This document shows, in pieces, positions 37,368-51,852 of a stretch of DNA of 64,000 nt (the stretch's first letter is position 1; every line of letters starts with the position of its first letter). A program made the position numbers and the translations under genes. The notes below the pieces were generated by a model that saw nothing but the letters and a program-made list of their open reading frames with translations, ran no database searches and was not told the origin of the DNA. Source of the DNA: Marsupella aquatica (Eukaryota > Plantae > Marchantiophyta); NCBI GenBank assembly GCA_973895155.1, contig OZ316892.1:31119686-31183685 (forward strand), in the 5' to 3' direction.

Positions 37368-39025
37368 GTATATATCTTCTCTGCACAGCGCGTGCAATGA
37401 GGCCGGTCTTCAGGCCATTTCAGGGTATTTAGGGAGCGCGGTGCATGGTCTCCTACATGCAGTGCACGGTCTCAACGTTTCAACATTTGGACTCCCACAA
37501 CATTATTATCAAAACCTTTAAACTCCGCTAGTATTGATTAGGGTGACTTACGGGTGGTTGCCGTAGGCTCCCATAACATTATTTTTTAAGTGTTCATACA
37601 CCACTAGCATTCATTGTGACTCACTTGTAGTCCCGCACTCCCATAACATTTCCAATAAAAGTCTTTTGCAGCTATAACATTCATGTTGAAACCATTGGAC
37701 TCCGTTAGCATCAAAAGTGTCACCATTCAATTAGGTTCGTGAGAAATACAAAGGAAACAAAGCTTGGTCAATGCTTCTAGAATTCCTGTACCAGCCTTCA
37801 ATCTGGTTCTTTAATGTGCTCGTCACCTTCAAATTCCCTTCTGCATTATTGTTGGGTCGGTATTTTGGTCGGGAAGCATTGGCCTTCGAGAATTCCTGTT
37901 GCTGGCCTTCAATCTGGTCCTTGACTGTGCTCGCCACCTCCAAATTCCCTTCAATCTGCATCTTGAATCTTGCGTTGCTTGGATGGCGTACTGACGTCGT
38001 CAATAATTGCAGCAAGTGATGGATTAGAGTCGTTGTCGGATGCAGTCTTTGAGCGAAGGCGTTTCCGAATGGTTACGGTTTTTATGCTTACTGGTGGCAG
38101 TGCATCGTGAATCTTGTGTCGCTTGGATGGCGTACTAACGTTGTCAATAATTGCAGCAAGTGATGGATTCGAGTCGTTGTTGGATGCAGTCTTCGAGCGA
38201 AGGCGTTTCCGAATGGTTGCGTTTTTTATGCTTACTGGTGGCAGTGGCGTGGCGTGGTTTCAGGCCTGTATATATCTTCTCTGCACAGCGCGTGCAATGA
38301 GGCCGGTCTTCAGGCCATTTCAGGGTATTTAGGGACCGCGGTGCATGGTCTCCTACATGCAGTGCACGGTCTCAACATTTCATTATTTGGACTCCCACAA
38401 CATTATTATCAAAACCTTTAAACTCCACTAGTATTGATTAGGGTGACTTACGGGTGGTTGCCGTAGGCTCCCATAACATTATTTTTTAAGTGTTCATACA
38501 CCACTAGCATTCATTGTGACTCACTTGTAGTCCCGCACTCCCATAACATTTCCAATAAATGTCTTTTGCAGCTATAACATTCATGTTGAAACCATTGGAC
38601 TCCGTTAGCATCAAAAGTGTCACCATTCAATTTGGGTTCGTGAGAAATACAAAGGAAACAAAGCTTGGTCAATGCTTCTAGAATTCTTGTACCAGCCTTC
38701 AATCTGGTTCCTTAATGTGCTCGTCACCTTCAAATTCCCTTCTGCATTATTGTTGGGTCGGTATTTTGGTCGGGAAGCATTGGCCTTCGAGAATTCCTGT
38801 CGCTGGCCTTCAATCTGGTCCTGACTGTGCTCGCCACCTCCAAATTCCCTTCAATCTGCATCTTGAATCTTGCGTTGCTTGGATGGCGTACTGACATCGT
38901 CAATAATTGCAGCAAGTGATGGATTAGAGTCATTCACTGTCGGATGCAGTCTTCGAGCGAAGGCATTTCCGAATGGTTGCATTTTTTATGCTTACTGGTG
39001 GCAGTGGCGTGGCATGGTTTCAGGC
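37368..39025 (+). repeat. 900-bp tandem duplication of a subtelomere-associated repeat
   Basis: CTGCACAGCGCGTGCAATGAGGCCGG at 37381 and 38281 (offset 900), with the following ~650 bp near-identical. The same head motif recurs several times at 60047-60662. Confidence 0.92.
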
Positions 39026-39399
39026 TGAGTGTGCAGTGATGGAGCTTCTCTTCTGTACAACATCCATGGTTGCGGTATCCATGCCTTGCTACTCACCTCC
39101 ATCTGTGTTGCAACTCCATTCAGACACTCCTAGGACCCAAATCGCCTTCACTGTCCAACCCACCATACAACACTCTTATGTAAAGGCTGTGTCTCACATG
39201 CGATACATGGTATGTCTCCAAGTTTCAGCATATGGACTCCCACAACATTTCCGGTTAAAGTGGAGGCTCCCATAACATTTCCGGTTAAACCGTAGACTCC
39301 CATAGCTTTCATGTTGAAACCTTTAAACTCCGTTAGCATCAAATGTGTCACCATTCAATTTTGGACGTGGGAAATGAGATACAAAATTTTGGACGTGGG

Positions 39400-39660
39400 A
39401 AATGCCCATGTGCTCAGATGGGTATGTATGTTTCAAATTACAGTATTTTGAAGGTTGGGGGTTACGAGGGATGGGGTATTCCAAAACGCACAGCCACCAT
39501 GTGTTGGGGTAATGCAAGTGCCAATGTGCTCCGAAGGGTATGTATGTATCAAATTACAGTATTTTGAAGGTTGGGGGTATGAGGGATGGGGTATTCTAAA
39601 ATGCACAGCCACCATGGGCTGGGGTAATGCAAATTAATGCCCATGTGCTCTGAAGGGTAT
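39400..39660 (+). repeat. ~118-bp tandem repeat (further partial copy ~39990-40062)
   Basis: CAAATTACAGTATTTTGAAGGTTGGGG...GCACAGCCACCATG is repeated. Confidence 0.8.
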
Positions 39661-42319
39661 TAATAGGATAATGTCCTGGTTAGAGGGCATTGTGGGATAT
39701 AATGCCCGTAACTAGGACATTTAATGTACGTAAAAACTTGAGTGACTTTTTGGTAACAAACAAGAAAAAGTGAATCCCTGAAATAGAAAATTCAAATTAA
39801 AGGGTCATCCAAGAAGTGGTTGCTATGGAATTGGCCAAAAATATACCTTCTTTAGTTATATTAGATTCTATTCATAGATATTGTGTTAGTATCAGGTAGG
39901 TGTTTTGTATAATCCCCTCCTCAAAAAAAGGGGTGCATTATGGAGAATTAATGCACTCAAATATACAAAGAGAAAAGCCACGAAAGTCTTTACGTATCAA
40001 AATTACAGTATTGAAGGTGAAGGGGGGTACGTGGGATGGGGGTATTCTATAACGCACAGCCACAGTTGAAGCCACTTTGATAAGTGATTACTCAGTTGAA
40101 CAATAGGAGAGCAATGCTGCTCTAAGTGGAATGTCTTATTTTGTTTACGAGTGGAATGTCTTGTTTTGTGGACTACCGTAAACAGACATGTTCATTAATG
40201 AAGAAATGCGGTGCTGGTCAGACTGTCCTCACTGTTGTTTTTATAAAGTGGGATGAGAAGCTATTGACAAACCACATCATCACTGACCACACACACTCTT
40301 ACTGTATAATAATCAGAAGTACTCACTGTACTGTCCAGTAGTCTGCGTTTTTGGATTAGTTGTGATGATTTCTGTTCAGTCTGCTACTATAAGGAGGTTG
40401 AATGGGCAACCTTCCAGTATGGGTGAAGGTTTTTTCGGGAACAAACAGGCACAGCAGGGTAGTATGGTTGAATTGCCTAATCTATCTTGTTGTGGGCATT
40501 GTATTGCACCTCGCGCTAACCCTTGGTACACTCTTAATCTTAAAAGGTGTTCATCTGTAAAGGCCAAGTATTCTGATAAACCCACACAACACTATTGAAA
40601 GAAAAGGAACAAGGTTTAGGGTTTAGAGTATTCTGAGAAAACCACACACTGTTGACACTGTTTACATGATAAATGGCCATTGTCAGTAAGAGATACAAAA
40701 GTTGAGGTCATGTAATGCGGTATTATGGTTCATATTATTTAGGAAATTGGGCCATATACGTGGATATCATGCACAAGCTAGGGTAATCTAATAATCGAGT
40801 AATGTACAACTAAGGTTAATGTTAGGAATACATCCGAACCTCGGGGTAATCCAATCACAAAGCAATGTACTAGACAAGTTAATCTTAGGATATTGTGCCA
40901 TACACACGGATACGAAAGTTGGGGTAATCTTATCCATCAATAAATATACATTAATTAATGTTTAGGATTTGTGCCATACACATGAATACAAAAGCCGGGG
41001 TAATCTTATAATCAATAAAGTACTAGTAAGGTTAATGTTTGGAAATTGGCCACACCCATGGATACAAAGATGGGGTAATCCTACACATAGATACGAAGCA
41101 AATGCCGGGGTAATCTAATAATCATAATTAAAGTACAAATGAATGTATTAAGGAATGTACTAAGCTGGGCTGTAAAAATGTGGGGTTTTACATACATGGA
41201 CACAAGACTATAAACGTGACGAAATGATGTAATCATGCAGGTCAGGTAAAGTAGGAAGATTGTTTGTTACACCAACAGTCTTCGGCCACAAATGAGTTTT
41301 CGGCCACAAATGAGGTGTTGTACAACACATTTGTTATGTCATACAGCCATCCATTTGAGTAGTGTTTTTTTATCTAGATGTAAGTGTCCAGTGTGAGGGA
41401 AAATTGGCAGGTCATGTGGGACTGGGGAAAATAAATTTTGATTTGTGTGAAGTGCGGCTCACACGTCGCTTCTAGGTTCTGAAAATCTAGGGTTGATGGT
41501 AAAAATGAAAATGTATAATCTGAGTATGAAATAGATACGGAGGTGTCGAGGAGTAAAACTAGACCAGACCAGAATGGGGCAGGGGGAGTTTAGGGTCCAT
41601 TTATATTGAATGTAATGAGAGAATTGTTTACTAGAATAAATGGTACCCCATATTTAAATAACGTGTCTATTGATCGATACCCAGGAAAGAAAATACCGTC
41701 CTATCTTCTTTGCACTTCAACCGATGCACAATGCTTGCCTTTCTAGAGAACAAGGTAGCCAAAACAAATTCACCGAAGAGAATAGATAGTTCAAAACTCC
41801 TGACTCTAATTTACAAATACTACAAAAAAACATTTGACTCTTACCTGAAGTTTTCCTATCGTCTAAAATCTTAAAGTTTCCCTTTCCTGAAGCTCAAATT
41901 GTTTTTCCTTCCCTGCCCTTCCTCAAGTTTTTTTCCCTAGCGCCTGAAGCTGGAGTTTTTTTTTCCTTCCCCCCTGACGGTGAAGTTTTTTTTTCTTCCT
42001 GGAAAAAGCTGAATTTTTTTTTGCTTGCTTTGGTTTTTGCTGTTTTTCTTCTCCCCCACTTTCACATTATGTAGGTTTGTACATCATGTGCGAAAAAAAC
42101 TAGGATACAATGTATGGATTTGATGAAAAAAATCACCTCTGGTTTAGGGAACCCATATAGAGCAGGTAAATTCAGGCATGTACTTTGGCTGGTATTTGTC
42201 CCTGCAATACCCAAAATGCTGGTCCGGTGAGGTTTAGGGTCTTTTCAGTACGTTTGGAGTCCTTCTACCGGCGCAGGGCGCCTTCATGGGGTCCCTGCCC
42301 GCTTTGTTGCTTGCTATGA

Positions 42320-42808
42320 CTAATAAAAGTACCCTCATTAATAAGAGTACCCTCATGGACAAGGCCCAACACAAGGATACCCTTAGGAGATAAGAGTACC
42401 CTCACTGATAAGGGTACCCTCATTATCAAAGTACCATTGTTGATAAGTGTACCCTCATTGATACTTAAGAGTACCCTCATACGCAAGGGTACCCTCAGGA
42501 GATAAGAGTACCCTCATTGATAAGGGTACCCTCACTGATCAAAGTACCATTGTTGATAAGCGTACCCATTGATAAGAGTACCCTCGCTGATAAGAGTCCC
42601 TCGCTGATAAGAGTACCCTCGTTGATAAGAGTACCCTCAAGCACAAGGGTACCCTCAGGAGATAAGAGTACCCTCATTGATAAGGGTACCCTCATTGATC
42701 TAATTAAGTACCATCGTTGATAAATGTACCACATTGATAAGAGTACCCTCACTGATAAGAGTACCCTCATGCACAAGGGTACCCTCAGGAGATAAAAGTA
42801 CCCTCATT
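42320..42808 (+). repeat. 18-bp minisatellite (TGATAAGAGTACCCTCAT) with higher-order structure
   Basis: More than 20 units. The variant block ACAAGGGTACCCTCAGGA recurs every ~125-160 bp. Confidence 0.9.
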
Positions 42809-44756
42809 CACATGGGGAGCAATGAAAATAGGGATAATTGTAACCACGTCCAAAAGGTGAGATCTGTGATCATAGCCATTCAAAAATACTGTCCTTCAAA
42901 ACCTTGAGGACTTTAGTTTAAGAACTTTTCTAACAAACAGTTCAAGAATGTTTTTATAACAAAGAATCCAATAAAGTGTAAACTTTAATTTTATGGTGTT
43001 CAATTTTTTTAGATTTTCCCACACTATAGCAAACAAATCCACTGAATTTGTTTATTCTAATTCCAATTCAGTAAATATTACAATTCCGGTCAAATAGTAC
43101 ACGAACCATTTCAGATCTGAGTACCGAAATGCCGTAAGTTGTAATTTTTATCATTAGATTTATGAATAATTCAACATGTAGGTGGGGAGAAAGGGGGAAT
43201 TTTGATGTTGAGGTACTCACCTTCATAAATCTACTATTGATTTGTCCCAAGGAGTGTACAGTTCTTTCCTTGGTCTCGCCTCAATATTTGTACAATGTTG
43301 GCATGAATGACACTGCACAGAACACTAAAAGGATTTAGTGTCTTGAGGATGACCAAAAACAATGACAAGAAACCTGAAACTGAAACTCATTTGTCCAAGT
43401 GCATGTAGAGCTTCATATCATTGGCAACAATAGTGCTTGAAGCCAACTTACTTTTGAATGACGTGTAAGGCAATATCTTGTGAAAGAGGGCCGATAGCTT
43501 CCCAACTACTAAAGGAAGTAGATTTTGCACTCACAAAGTCATCCCAACAACCAGATCCCCTTGTGCAATCTGAGAAACGTGGAGTATTCAATAAAAAGTT
43601 CAAAGCAAAATGTAATAAAACCATCATAAACTCAATATAATGAAATGTAACCATGTCCTTTGTGATAAATTCTGCAAACCCTTCTGCTTTTTAAATATCT
43701 ACTAATTAAAAGGAAAAGGATAATACACCAGAATTTACTTCAAAACTCACTGTCAATCATGTTCTCCGAACAATAAGAATGATAGGGAGGGAAAATGTCA
43801 ACCTGGGCATACGCCCAAGTCAGGGTGTGAAGCTTAATTTTCAGGATCCTGGAATTGTGGCCGGAGAGAGGCAGCTTGCAGCAACAAGTGCTTCAGGCTT
43901 CTTCCTCATCAGCATAGCCAACACCACTAGGAGACCAACCTAGAGCAAGTACAGGTCGAGCTCCCTCCTTGTTTGTGTAGTTCAATGTTCTGACCATGTT
44001 CAATGTGCTGCATTCCCTTGGGTTTGGATGATCTTCCCTTGGCAGAAATGAGTCACATTCCAGAGTTACTCCATGCATAATGATTATTCACCTGCCCCTG
44101 GGGTTGGATGATCTTTGTGTGGGATAAATGCCCGGTTTGAGTTAACGGGCAAGTTTACGTGTTGCCCTACGGGGTGTGGTTGGGACCGGGTGGGGTTGGG
44201 ATAGGGTTGGGATGAGGTTGGGACGGTGTCAGGATAGGGGCGGGATGACCAGGTGTGACGGATGACAAATCAAGGCCAAACCAGGCATAAATGAATCACA
44301 CTTCAGAGTTACTCAAGGCAAAATGATTATTCTTCTGCCGCCAATCTGAATTGACTACTTGTAGCCTGGTGGAATCAGTGGATACTCATTACTTGGCGAG
44401 AGGTTGCACCATAAAGATTGTTATGGTTAGGAATCAAATAATAGTTGAGTGTTCATTAAGTGTTTATAATACCTTGAAAGGGTTTAACAGTTTAATGATT
44501 AGATGCATGGGACCCGGATGGGATCCCATATGAGCTTACACTTTGAATCGTTCAACAATCTGAACCATAAAATGTACAAGGGTAAATTTATAAGAAGGTA
44601 ATGGCATTGTGACTTTTTTCATCAAAGCAAGCTGGAGTGCCAGTTCCTTGTTATTAGGATATATCTAGATCCAGACTAGCTCCAGAGTACCAAAATCTCT
44701 GCACTTTTGGGGCACTCTGTTGTGCTATGCATTTGAGGGAGTATTCATATCTATAA

Positions 44757-46210
44757 CTAGACCAATGCCCGTGCGTTGAACAAAAGATGTTGACATGAGA
44801 AAACATACCAAGGAGAGAGAAAGAGTAAAAGTGAGGAAAAGATATCAAAGTGAGAAAACTAAGTGAATAGTTTAGCTACTCATTTGCTAAACTAACAACA
44901 ATAAGTTCAGCAGTTAATTGGCAAGGGAGTCCACCCTACAATTTAGCTGGTTGCAGTCAAACTGGAGTTTGGACTTTGAATGCCATAAACTTACATTCCA
45001 CCATGGGTGAGTGCAATGTGTGTATTTAGGCAAAGCTCAGATAATTGAAGGGAATGGGCTTACTCCCCTCTTTTATAGGGGGAGTGACACTTATTTCACT
45101 GACAGTTTACATAAGACTGCAAGATGGGCATCACTAGAAGAAATTAATAAGAAATCATTAGTAAACCCTAAACCCTAAACTTTCTACAGTAGTTGATTCT
45201 AAGTGTGTTAATTTATATATATAGTGCACGTTGCACATATTGGTGAGAGGCAGCCAGGGGTGAAGTCTCAATGTGTGATCACATGTAGGGTCTGTTGAGG
45301 GGAATCTAACATTTAGGATACTTAGACCAGTACTGTCAAAGAACTCACACTCCCCTGCTGTAAATTAAGCCGACATTGCTCCAAAGCAGAGACAAACTTT
45401 CTAAGTTCATTGATCTACAAAACTCTCCCCACATTGAGACCTTACTAAAATAGAAAACGAGGAAGAAGTACATTTAAGAAAACTAAGGACCAATTTCCTG
45501 AAAAAGGCCAAACAAAGTACAATGGAGTAAAGCAAATTATAGAGATAAACTAAACCCTAAACCCTAAACTTTACCCTCAGCTTAAGTGATTTAGAAAGGA
45601 AATGCAAACACAGCAAAGGTTAATTAAATCAATTATTTTGAGCTCAATTTATTAATTGTTATCAGTAACAAAATGATGAAAAATAACTGCAAGAAAGAAG
45701 CAACAATGGGTACTAGATAGAGGACAAGGTTCACATGTGGTCCCAATAGGTTTTTGCCCACAGGCAGGTCCCATTTGTTTAATATGTTCCGTTAGCTTAC
45801 ATACATCTAATGAGGGTCCAAATGGAAATGAATCACTCTACCAAAGAACAAAATGAGCCAAATCTGTGGATGAGACCCAATAAAGGGGAGAAGGGACAGG
45901 ATCCCAATTACATGACCCCCCAAAACGGGGAGAAGCTGATACAGGATCTCAACTAAATGAGACACACAAGAGGGGAGAAGAGACAGAGGATCTCAACTAA
46001 ATGAGACACACAAAAGGGGAGAAAACCAGAGAAATACCATTTGAAGACCAAAGACTGAGCCAACATTCCTGAGTTCCGAATAACTACAAAGATTCAGAAA
46101 TTATGCTAACCTAGGTATTATCACTATCGAAAATTCCTGATCAAGCCGCCAATAACTACAAAGAACTTAGAACATGCTAACCTAGGTATTATCACTATCT
46201 AAAGTAGAGA
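44757..46210 (-). mobile_element. Probable non-autonomous Helitron
   Basis: A-CTAG-ACCAATGCCCGTGCGTTGAACAAAAG matches the 3' end at 18658. A candidate 5' end TCTCTACTTTAG at 46210 again abuts a CTAG. Contains short AAACCCTAAACCCTAAAC tracts at ~45163 and ~45553. Confidence 0.45.
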
Positions 46211-49200
46211 CTAGATTTTCTGCGAGCAACAAGACCATTCATATCTTCTAGAGACTAAAGTGACCAAACACTGTCTAAATGCTCAAGCAACAGCATGTAA
46301 CATCCGTATCTTGTAGCTGTCCAACTATGTACTAGTAGTGCCCACTGCAAGGTCTCTAGCTCTGGATGAATGCCTGGATTGAATGACAATCACTACCATG
46401 AAAGGTTTTGATATATAGCAGGCCAGTGACTCTGTTAATCGATCAAGCTCTTTGGCCAGGCATGTCAAGAAGTTGGAAGGACGGGCTCATTCCCACAGAT
46501 CAAGATTCTATTCCTCTTTCAATTGTTGGGTTGTCGACAATCTTTAGAACTGCATTGAGTTGTCGTAGAGACCCTCATCCGTTCGCCCCAGTGAAGGGAA
46601 GGGATCAACGAGAACCGCACTCAACGCCCTCTTCTCCAATTGAAAGAAGGATCTCCTTCTATGGATGTCCCCCCAGGAGATCCCGAGGTGCACACTCAAG
46701 GGGCTATGATGTCTGGCCTTCTCTTACAATTGTTATACCAAATTCCTGGAGGTACTGCTCGGCAGGTCGTTGCACAGTGGAAATGGTTGCCAATGGAAAC
46801 GAAGACTTGCGTAGATGCTAAGAGTTATGTAGATGCTAAGAGTTGGGTACATGCTAAGAGATGTGTAGATGCTCTTGTTAAGATTAACAAGGAGATCACG
46901 GTATTGTGGGAAGTAAAGGCAATAGCCCCGCAGTTACAGACGAACTTGGACACGTAATTGATTTTGTAGTTAAACTTTGTTGAAAGTCTTTATAACAGAG
47001 CAATCACAAGTTCCACGCATGCGCGATTGTGAGGAACCAAGTCCAAGTTGCCGCGCGCGCGAAATGACAAAATTTTACGGGGAGCACAATGTGCACACAA
47101 CGTAAACTCAAGACTCTATGAGTGCTTGGAGCAAGGTGGACAGGCTATGGGACGTGATCCAGATTTTTGACCACCCTCTGCTGGGGAAGCTGCAGTGGCA
47201 TTCGTTCTCTTGGAGAAGCTATAGCGGCGACCCTTTGGAGAAATCAGCTGGCAGTCTCGAACAGTCTACAAGGCCCAATGTTAAGCTTTGATGGCGGCGA
47301 GGCAGTCTAATCACAAAACCTAAAAAGTTGTAGCAGGAAGTGGAGAAAAAAACAGGCGCAATGTGTACTACTTAAAAAAGTTCCAAAAGTGGCGTTTTGG
47401 GTAGAATAGGGCGCTGCCCTCAGCCTTTTGGTCCCGATCCCCTAACAACTTTGTGGCGGGCTTCGGCTAACAGGTTCATTATTGGTGTGGGAGTTCTACT
47501 CGACCAGCCACCAGAGGCCTTAGTGGACATAAACGCAGTAGCTAGTACAGTAGTTCACTTGACGTGACCAGTGAGGTGCAACAACCACTCGGTTGATTGA
47601 AGCATCAAAAGAATTGGCTGAAACGGCCACAATCTCATACAACATACATGGCAAGGTCTCTATGCCAATTTCCCAGCCTTATCTAGGGACAGATTGAAGG
47701 CAGCTTCCGACCACGAAAGTCACAAAACTGCCTATGAGCCATCCGTACCTCTAAAGATCCGCCATATATAGACCCTCTTCACAGCTTTATACAATCTTCC
47801 GACTACCGCAGCCACAATAGTGTGCTAGAATTCACTGTGAAGTACTGGATTGGCTCCACTCTAATTCGTGCCTTACTCGAGACATGAGAAACGGAAAAAT
47901 TGACGCGTCTAGTTTTGTCTCACCTTGTTTAAGTAAGCAATGTTGACAATCGGGTCGAGAAGGTACTGGAGGAATGCATCCAATGTGAAGGAGTGCTTTG
48001 CTTTCATCAATATCGTATTCTAGTGAGCCATCTGCTCATTGATGATCTTCTCGGCATCACCCAACCTCGGTTTCACCTTGCTCTGCGTTCAGAAACTCTT
48101 TAAACTTTGCCGGGACAATGACATCATTCTCTGCATACTTGTGCATGCGATCAAATCGCCTCTTTGGTAATTAAACCATTGTCCATCAATCTCTCCTCCT
48201 ATACAAGCTCGGAGTATCCATCTCTATATATCCTGCCCACAGGACTCTAGGGGGAGGCACAACATAATCACAACAAAAACTTTTCTCTTTTGCACGAATG
48301 AAGCACCGAAAATAGTGTTTAGAAGCGAAAAGAAATTATGCACTTAACACAGGCCTGAATATCAGATTTGCACGGGAGGTCAAGTGTATTATCTAGCTGG
48401 GACTATTTTCGCACCTTTCTCCCATAAAACAACGCGCAATATATATATTCCAACACATTCGCAGTGCCAAATTAATGATCCCATGTTTGCACCCTGAGTT
48501 AATAAAGTGCAAAATAATTGAGAGATGCAATAGCTAATTACCGATCAGATCTAACTATATATGGAGAGAAGATACATTCGAAATAGAGAAGGGAGAACAC
48601 CACAAGGATCTGTTGGCAGCAGCAGTCGATACAAAGTCGATCTAACCAGACGAGTGACAAGTACACATGTTAGAGACTCCTCGATGAAGCTCAAACGACA
48701 AGACTGGTAACAAGCCCAGTTGAAAAACTCAAGCTGCGATAGTCCAACGAGAAGCAAAACGATGAAGAAATGAAGGCGGGACCCCACGAGCCAGAGAATG
48801 CAACCCTAAACCCAATATGCCGCTTCACTAATTCGCTCAACCTTCAAACACACGGATCCCTGTGGCCCTGCAAAACATAGGACCCATGTGCTCACTAACA
48901 AGTGGGTCCGCAAAGGTATTGAAAATGAAAAAACCAAACATCTCACAAGAAAGAATGACGACATCGGCCGTGGGGACTAGAGAGCGAGAGATGACAGCAG
49001 CATCCCGGTTTGTTCGTTTGCAACTCGACACAATATGCAAAAGTGAGTTGTTCGCAAGATGTGGGCACCGTTGACGTGACTCGGTCATGTTGCAGTGTTG
49101 CGCGTTCCAAAGTCTTCTACCGGACAGGTTTCATCATTCGGAGAATCTCAACGCCTACTTTGGACTGATTGACTGGAGAAGTGGAGATCCTAGTGGACGA

Positions 49201-50364
49201 AATATTTGCACTGCTGTAATCCTTGTATTCTCAAAACAGTGATGTCGTCAATGTATTTTGTTTTGAGGGGGATTTTCATGTCATTGCGGCGGACGAGCGT
49301 TTGGTGTGTACTTAGAGTAAAGAAACCTTATGCCAGGCGGGGCTGTTCAGTGGTGATTGAGCTCCCGCGTCGACATGCATTCTATCTCTCAAGTGCTGCC
49401 GGTGGTCTGTTGCCCCCCAATGATCTGCGAAAGGCGATGAGACTCTGAGCATCGCTTGCTTGAGTCTACAGGAATGAATGGTTTGCTTAAGAGGTCACGT
49501 GTAAAGTCAATACTGTGCTGAGCTTTGGAAAATTCGGCGGAGTAGTTAGGGATCGCGATGCTGTTGGGTCACTAAGAGTAGATGCTGTCGGAGTAATGTT
49601 GTAGCAAGCCAATGTGATTAGAACAGCCATGTCAGCAGCTTTGGACACTGGGCCAAAGGGAAAAGACTGACATAATACTAAAGCTGATTTGATCCACCTG
49701 GCTGCTCAGTCGGCTACAAAGTGCACATTCATTCAAGCTGCAATTCGGAAGTGCGGGGGCAAGGAGGAAAAGGGGCTACAGCTGTACACAGCCTAGGGAT
49801 CAAATGGGCGATGGGGACAGTTCGATAAACAACTGGGACGAGCAGATGCTACGGGGCGGGACCCAGAGGTCAGACTTCCCATCTGGGACAAAGCATGCTC
49901 AGATAAGCTTGGAATCAAGCCTCAGTATGTAGCCGCTCTGGGACAAAGCATGCTCAGATAAGATTGGAATCAAGCCTCAGTATGTAGCCGCTCTGTCAGG
50001 TTTATTGGGGCCTGATAAAGCTTGATTCACACTAGGACTGCCACTACGTAAGTTAGCACTCTGGACAGTAGCTCTGGGAACAAGGAGCTGTGCTTGGCTG
50101 GAGCACCAGAGAGATTGTGATGCCATCGGCTATCTCTAGGTGAGAAACAATCACGTCCTGCCATAAATGTCCCCTCGGGAAAAGAAAGGGCAACTTTCAG
50201 TACTATGGTTCTGTACTAGGACCCGCTACAAATTTACAAAAATAGTTGACCTCCGCTGATCATTATTCCACTTTTGATGGGCTGATACAAACCACCGTCG
50301 TTGAATTGGCCTCCAAACAGGACCTACAACGTTGTTTTGTCATCACTGCTACATCGCGATCGGC

Positions 50365-50600
50365 CTTCACTAGATATCCCTTCCAATTTGTTCTAGATGC
50401 TAAATAATTAATCATCGACACTGAGTTTTGCCGACGATTAGGAGTAGATAATGTACGGCAGATGCTCAAACTCGCTCGGAAGTTTGCAGCAACTAAATTT
50501 GAAGAGGAAGCCAAGAAGCTCTTCAGGGAACACTTTGACATCCTGAAGACTAATGTGTTTGATGTTTTGGAAGGACTTCATTATGATTCGGAAGGCTCAC
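50365..50600 (+). pseudogene. Possible BTB/BACK-type gene fragment
   Basis: FCRRLGVDNVRQMLKLARKFAATKFEEEAKKLFREHFDIL fits the helical pattern after BTB domains; in-frame TAA upstream. Weak. Confidence 0.3.
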
Positions 50601-51852
50601 ATGATGGTGAAGTCGTTTCAGGTCAAAAATCATTTGTGGATCTTTGTCAACTCATTCATTCACAATCCGTCATTCGACTCTCAAACCAGAGAGACCTTGA
50701 CATCTCGTCAGGGCAGCTTCGGGTCAAAATGCGAACTATTTAGCGTACATCAGTACGAGAGCAGACCCTACACGCACGGATGATTCAAAGCCGACCTGTC
50801 GAACATGCTCATGAATTTATTTTCCGCATGTTAGAGCTAATGGGCTGCCACATGCATTCAGGATGCTCAGATACGTGATCTCATTTGGCTTCACGCCTTC
50901 TTGGCGCATTAGATTGAAAATGTCGAGTGCAGATTGAACATGATCACTCCTAGCGTATCCCGCAATCATGCTGGTCCAAGTAATAACACTCTTGTTCTGA
51001 ATTTGATAGCAGTAGCGGTATCTTCTCCAGGATCAAATTCCTCCTGCTGGACTCGTTTACGAATCATCCCAGCTTTGCCATCAAAACTTGAGAATCAAAA
51101 CTACAAGTTCTGAGAAGAAAAAGTATGAGAAGATCTTCCATCCAAACCCCAAAGCAACCCACCGTCATACCCGCACATTGCCCTCTGAAAAACTATGGCG
51201 CGAGTGCTCTTGTTTATCGCCCTCCAAGAAAGAACCCTTTGCAACTGAAGTGTCGTGCATACAAAACGAAGAATTGACGACAAGTGGCAACAAGCAAGTA
51301 ACGAGCAAGTGGCAACAAAATTGATGTAGATTGTGACGGGAAATAAAAGGAGCTCAGGCAGCAGGAGACGTCATGCAAGAAATGAGCAGGACTTGAACCA
51401 GGATGGACAGTATCCCGGGCTGAAAAAGAGATTCTGTCCCGCTTCCTTGGGCGCTCAGAGGTGAGAAGTATAGTTGCCCAGCAATGTAAGGTCGAAACGC
51501 AGAAGAACATCCAGTATACGTATATAGGTAGGGCCCTTACTAGGAATTGTGTGCCCAAAGGACTTGACGAGAGGCCGTGTAAAAGTGGTAACGCGAACCT
51601 AACAGGGATGACCGGATTCGTGAGCATGTAGCTACGCAAAGCTCGATACCAAGTCCCCGAGAAGCAACTATAGCAATTGAGCAATCCGAAGCCAGTACGA
51701 CAAGTAATTCTTAGCAGATTGTGAATTCTACAAGGATTGTGAGCTTGCGAGGATAGGCACCGGGATGTCCTTAGATCATGTAGAGATGTTGGTGGCCATC
51801 AAACCTCCGTGTCTGGCGCAGAGGTTGTCGTCGTCCAGGGGACGCTGGCGCG

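Noticed and set aside
42320-42808. CRISPR-like array or coding repeats (ORFs 42265..42776)
   Set aside because: Contiguous 18-bp minisatellite; the ORFs are by-products of a unit length divisible by 3.
46640-46957. 105-aa ORF with VDAK repeats
   Set aside because: Explained by an 18-bp tandem repeat; non-ATG start and no domain.
48090-48230. Degenerate F-box start on the minus strand (AQVCRE*)
   Set aside because: Only a 4-5 residue match amid several stops; insufficient support.
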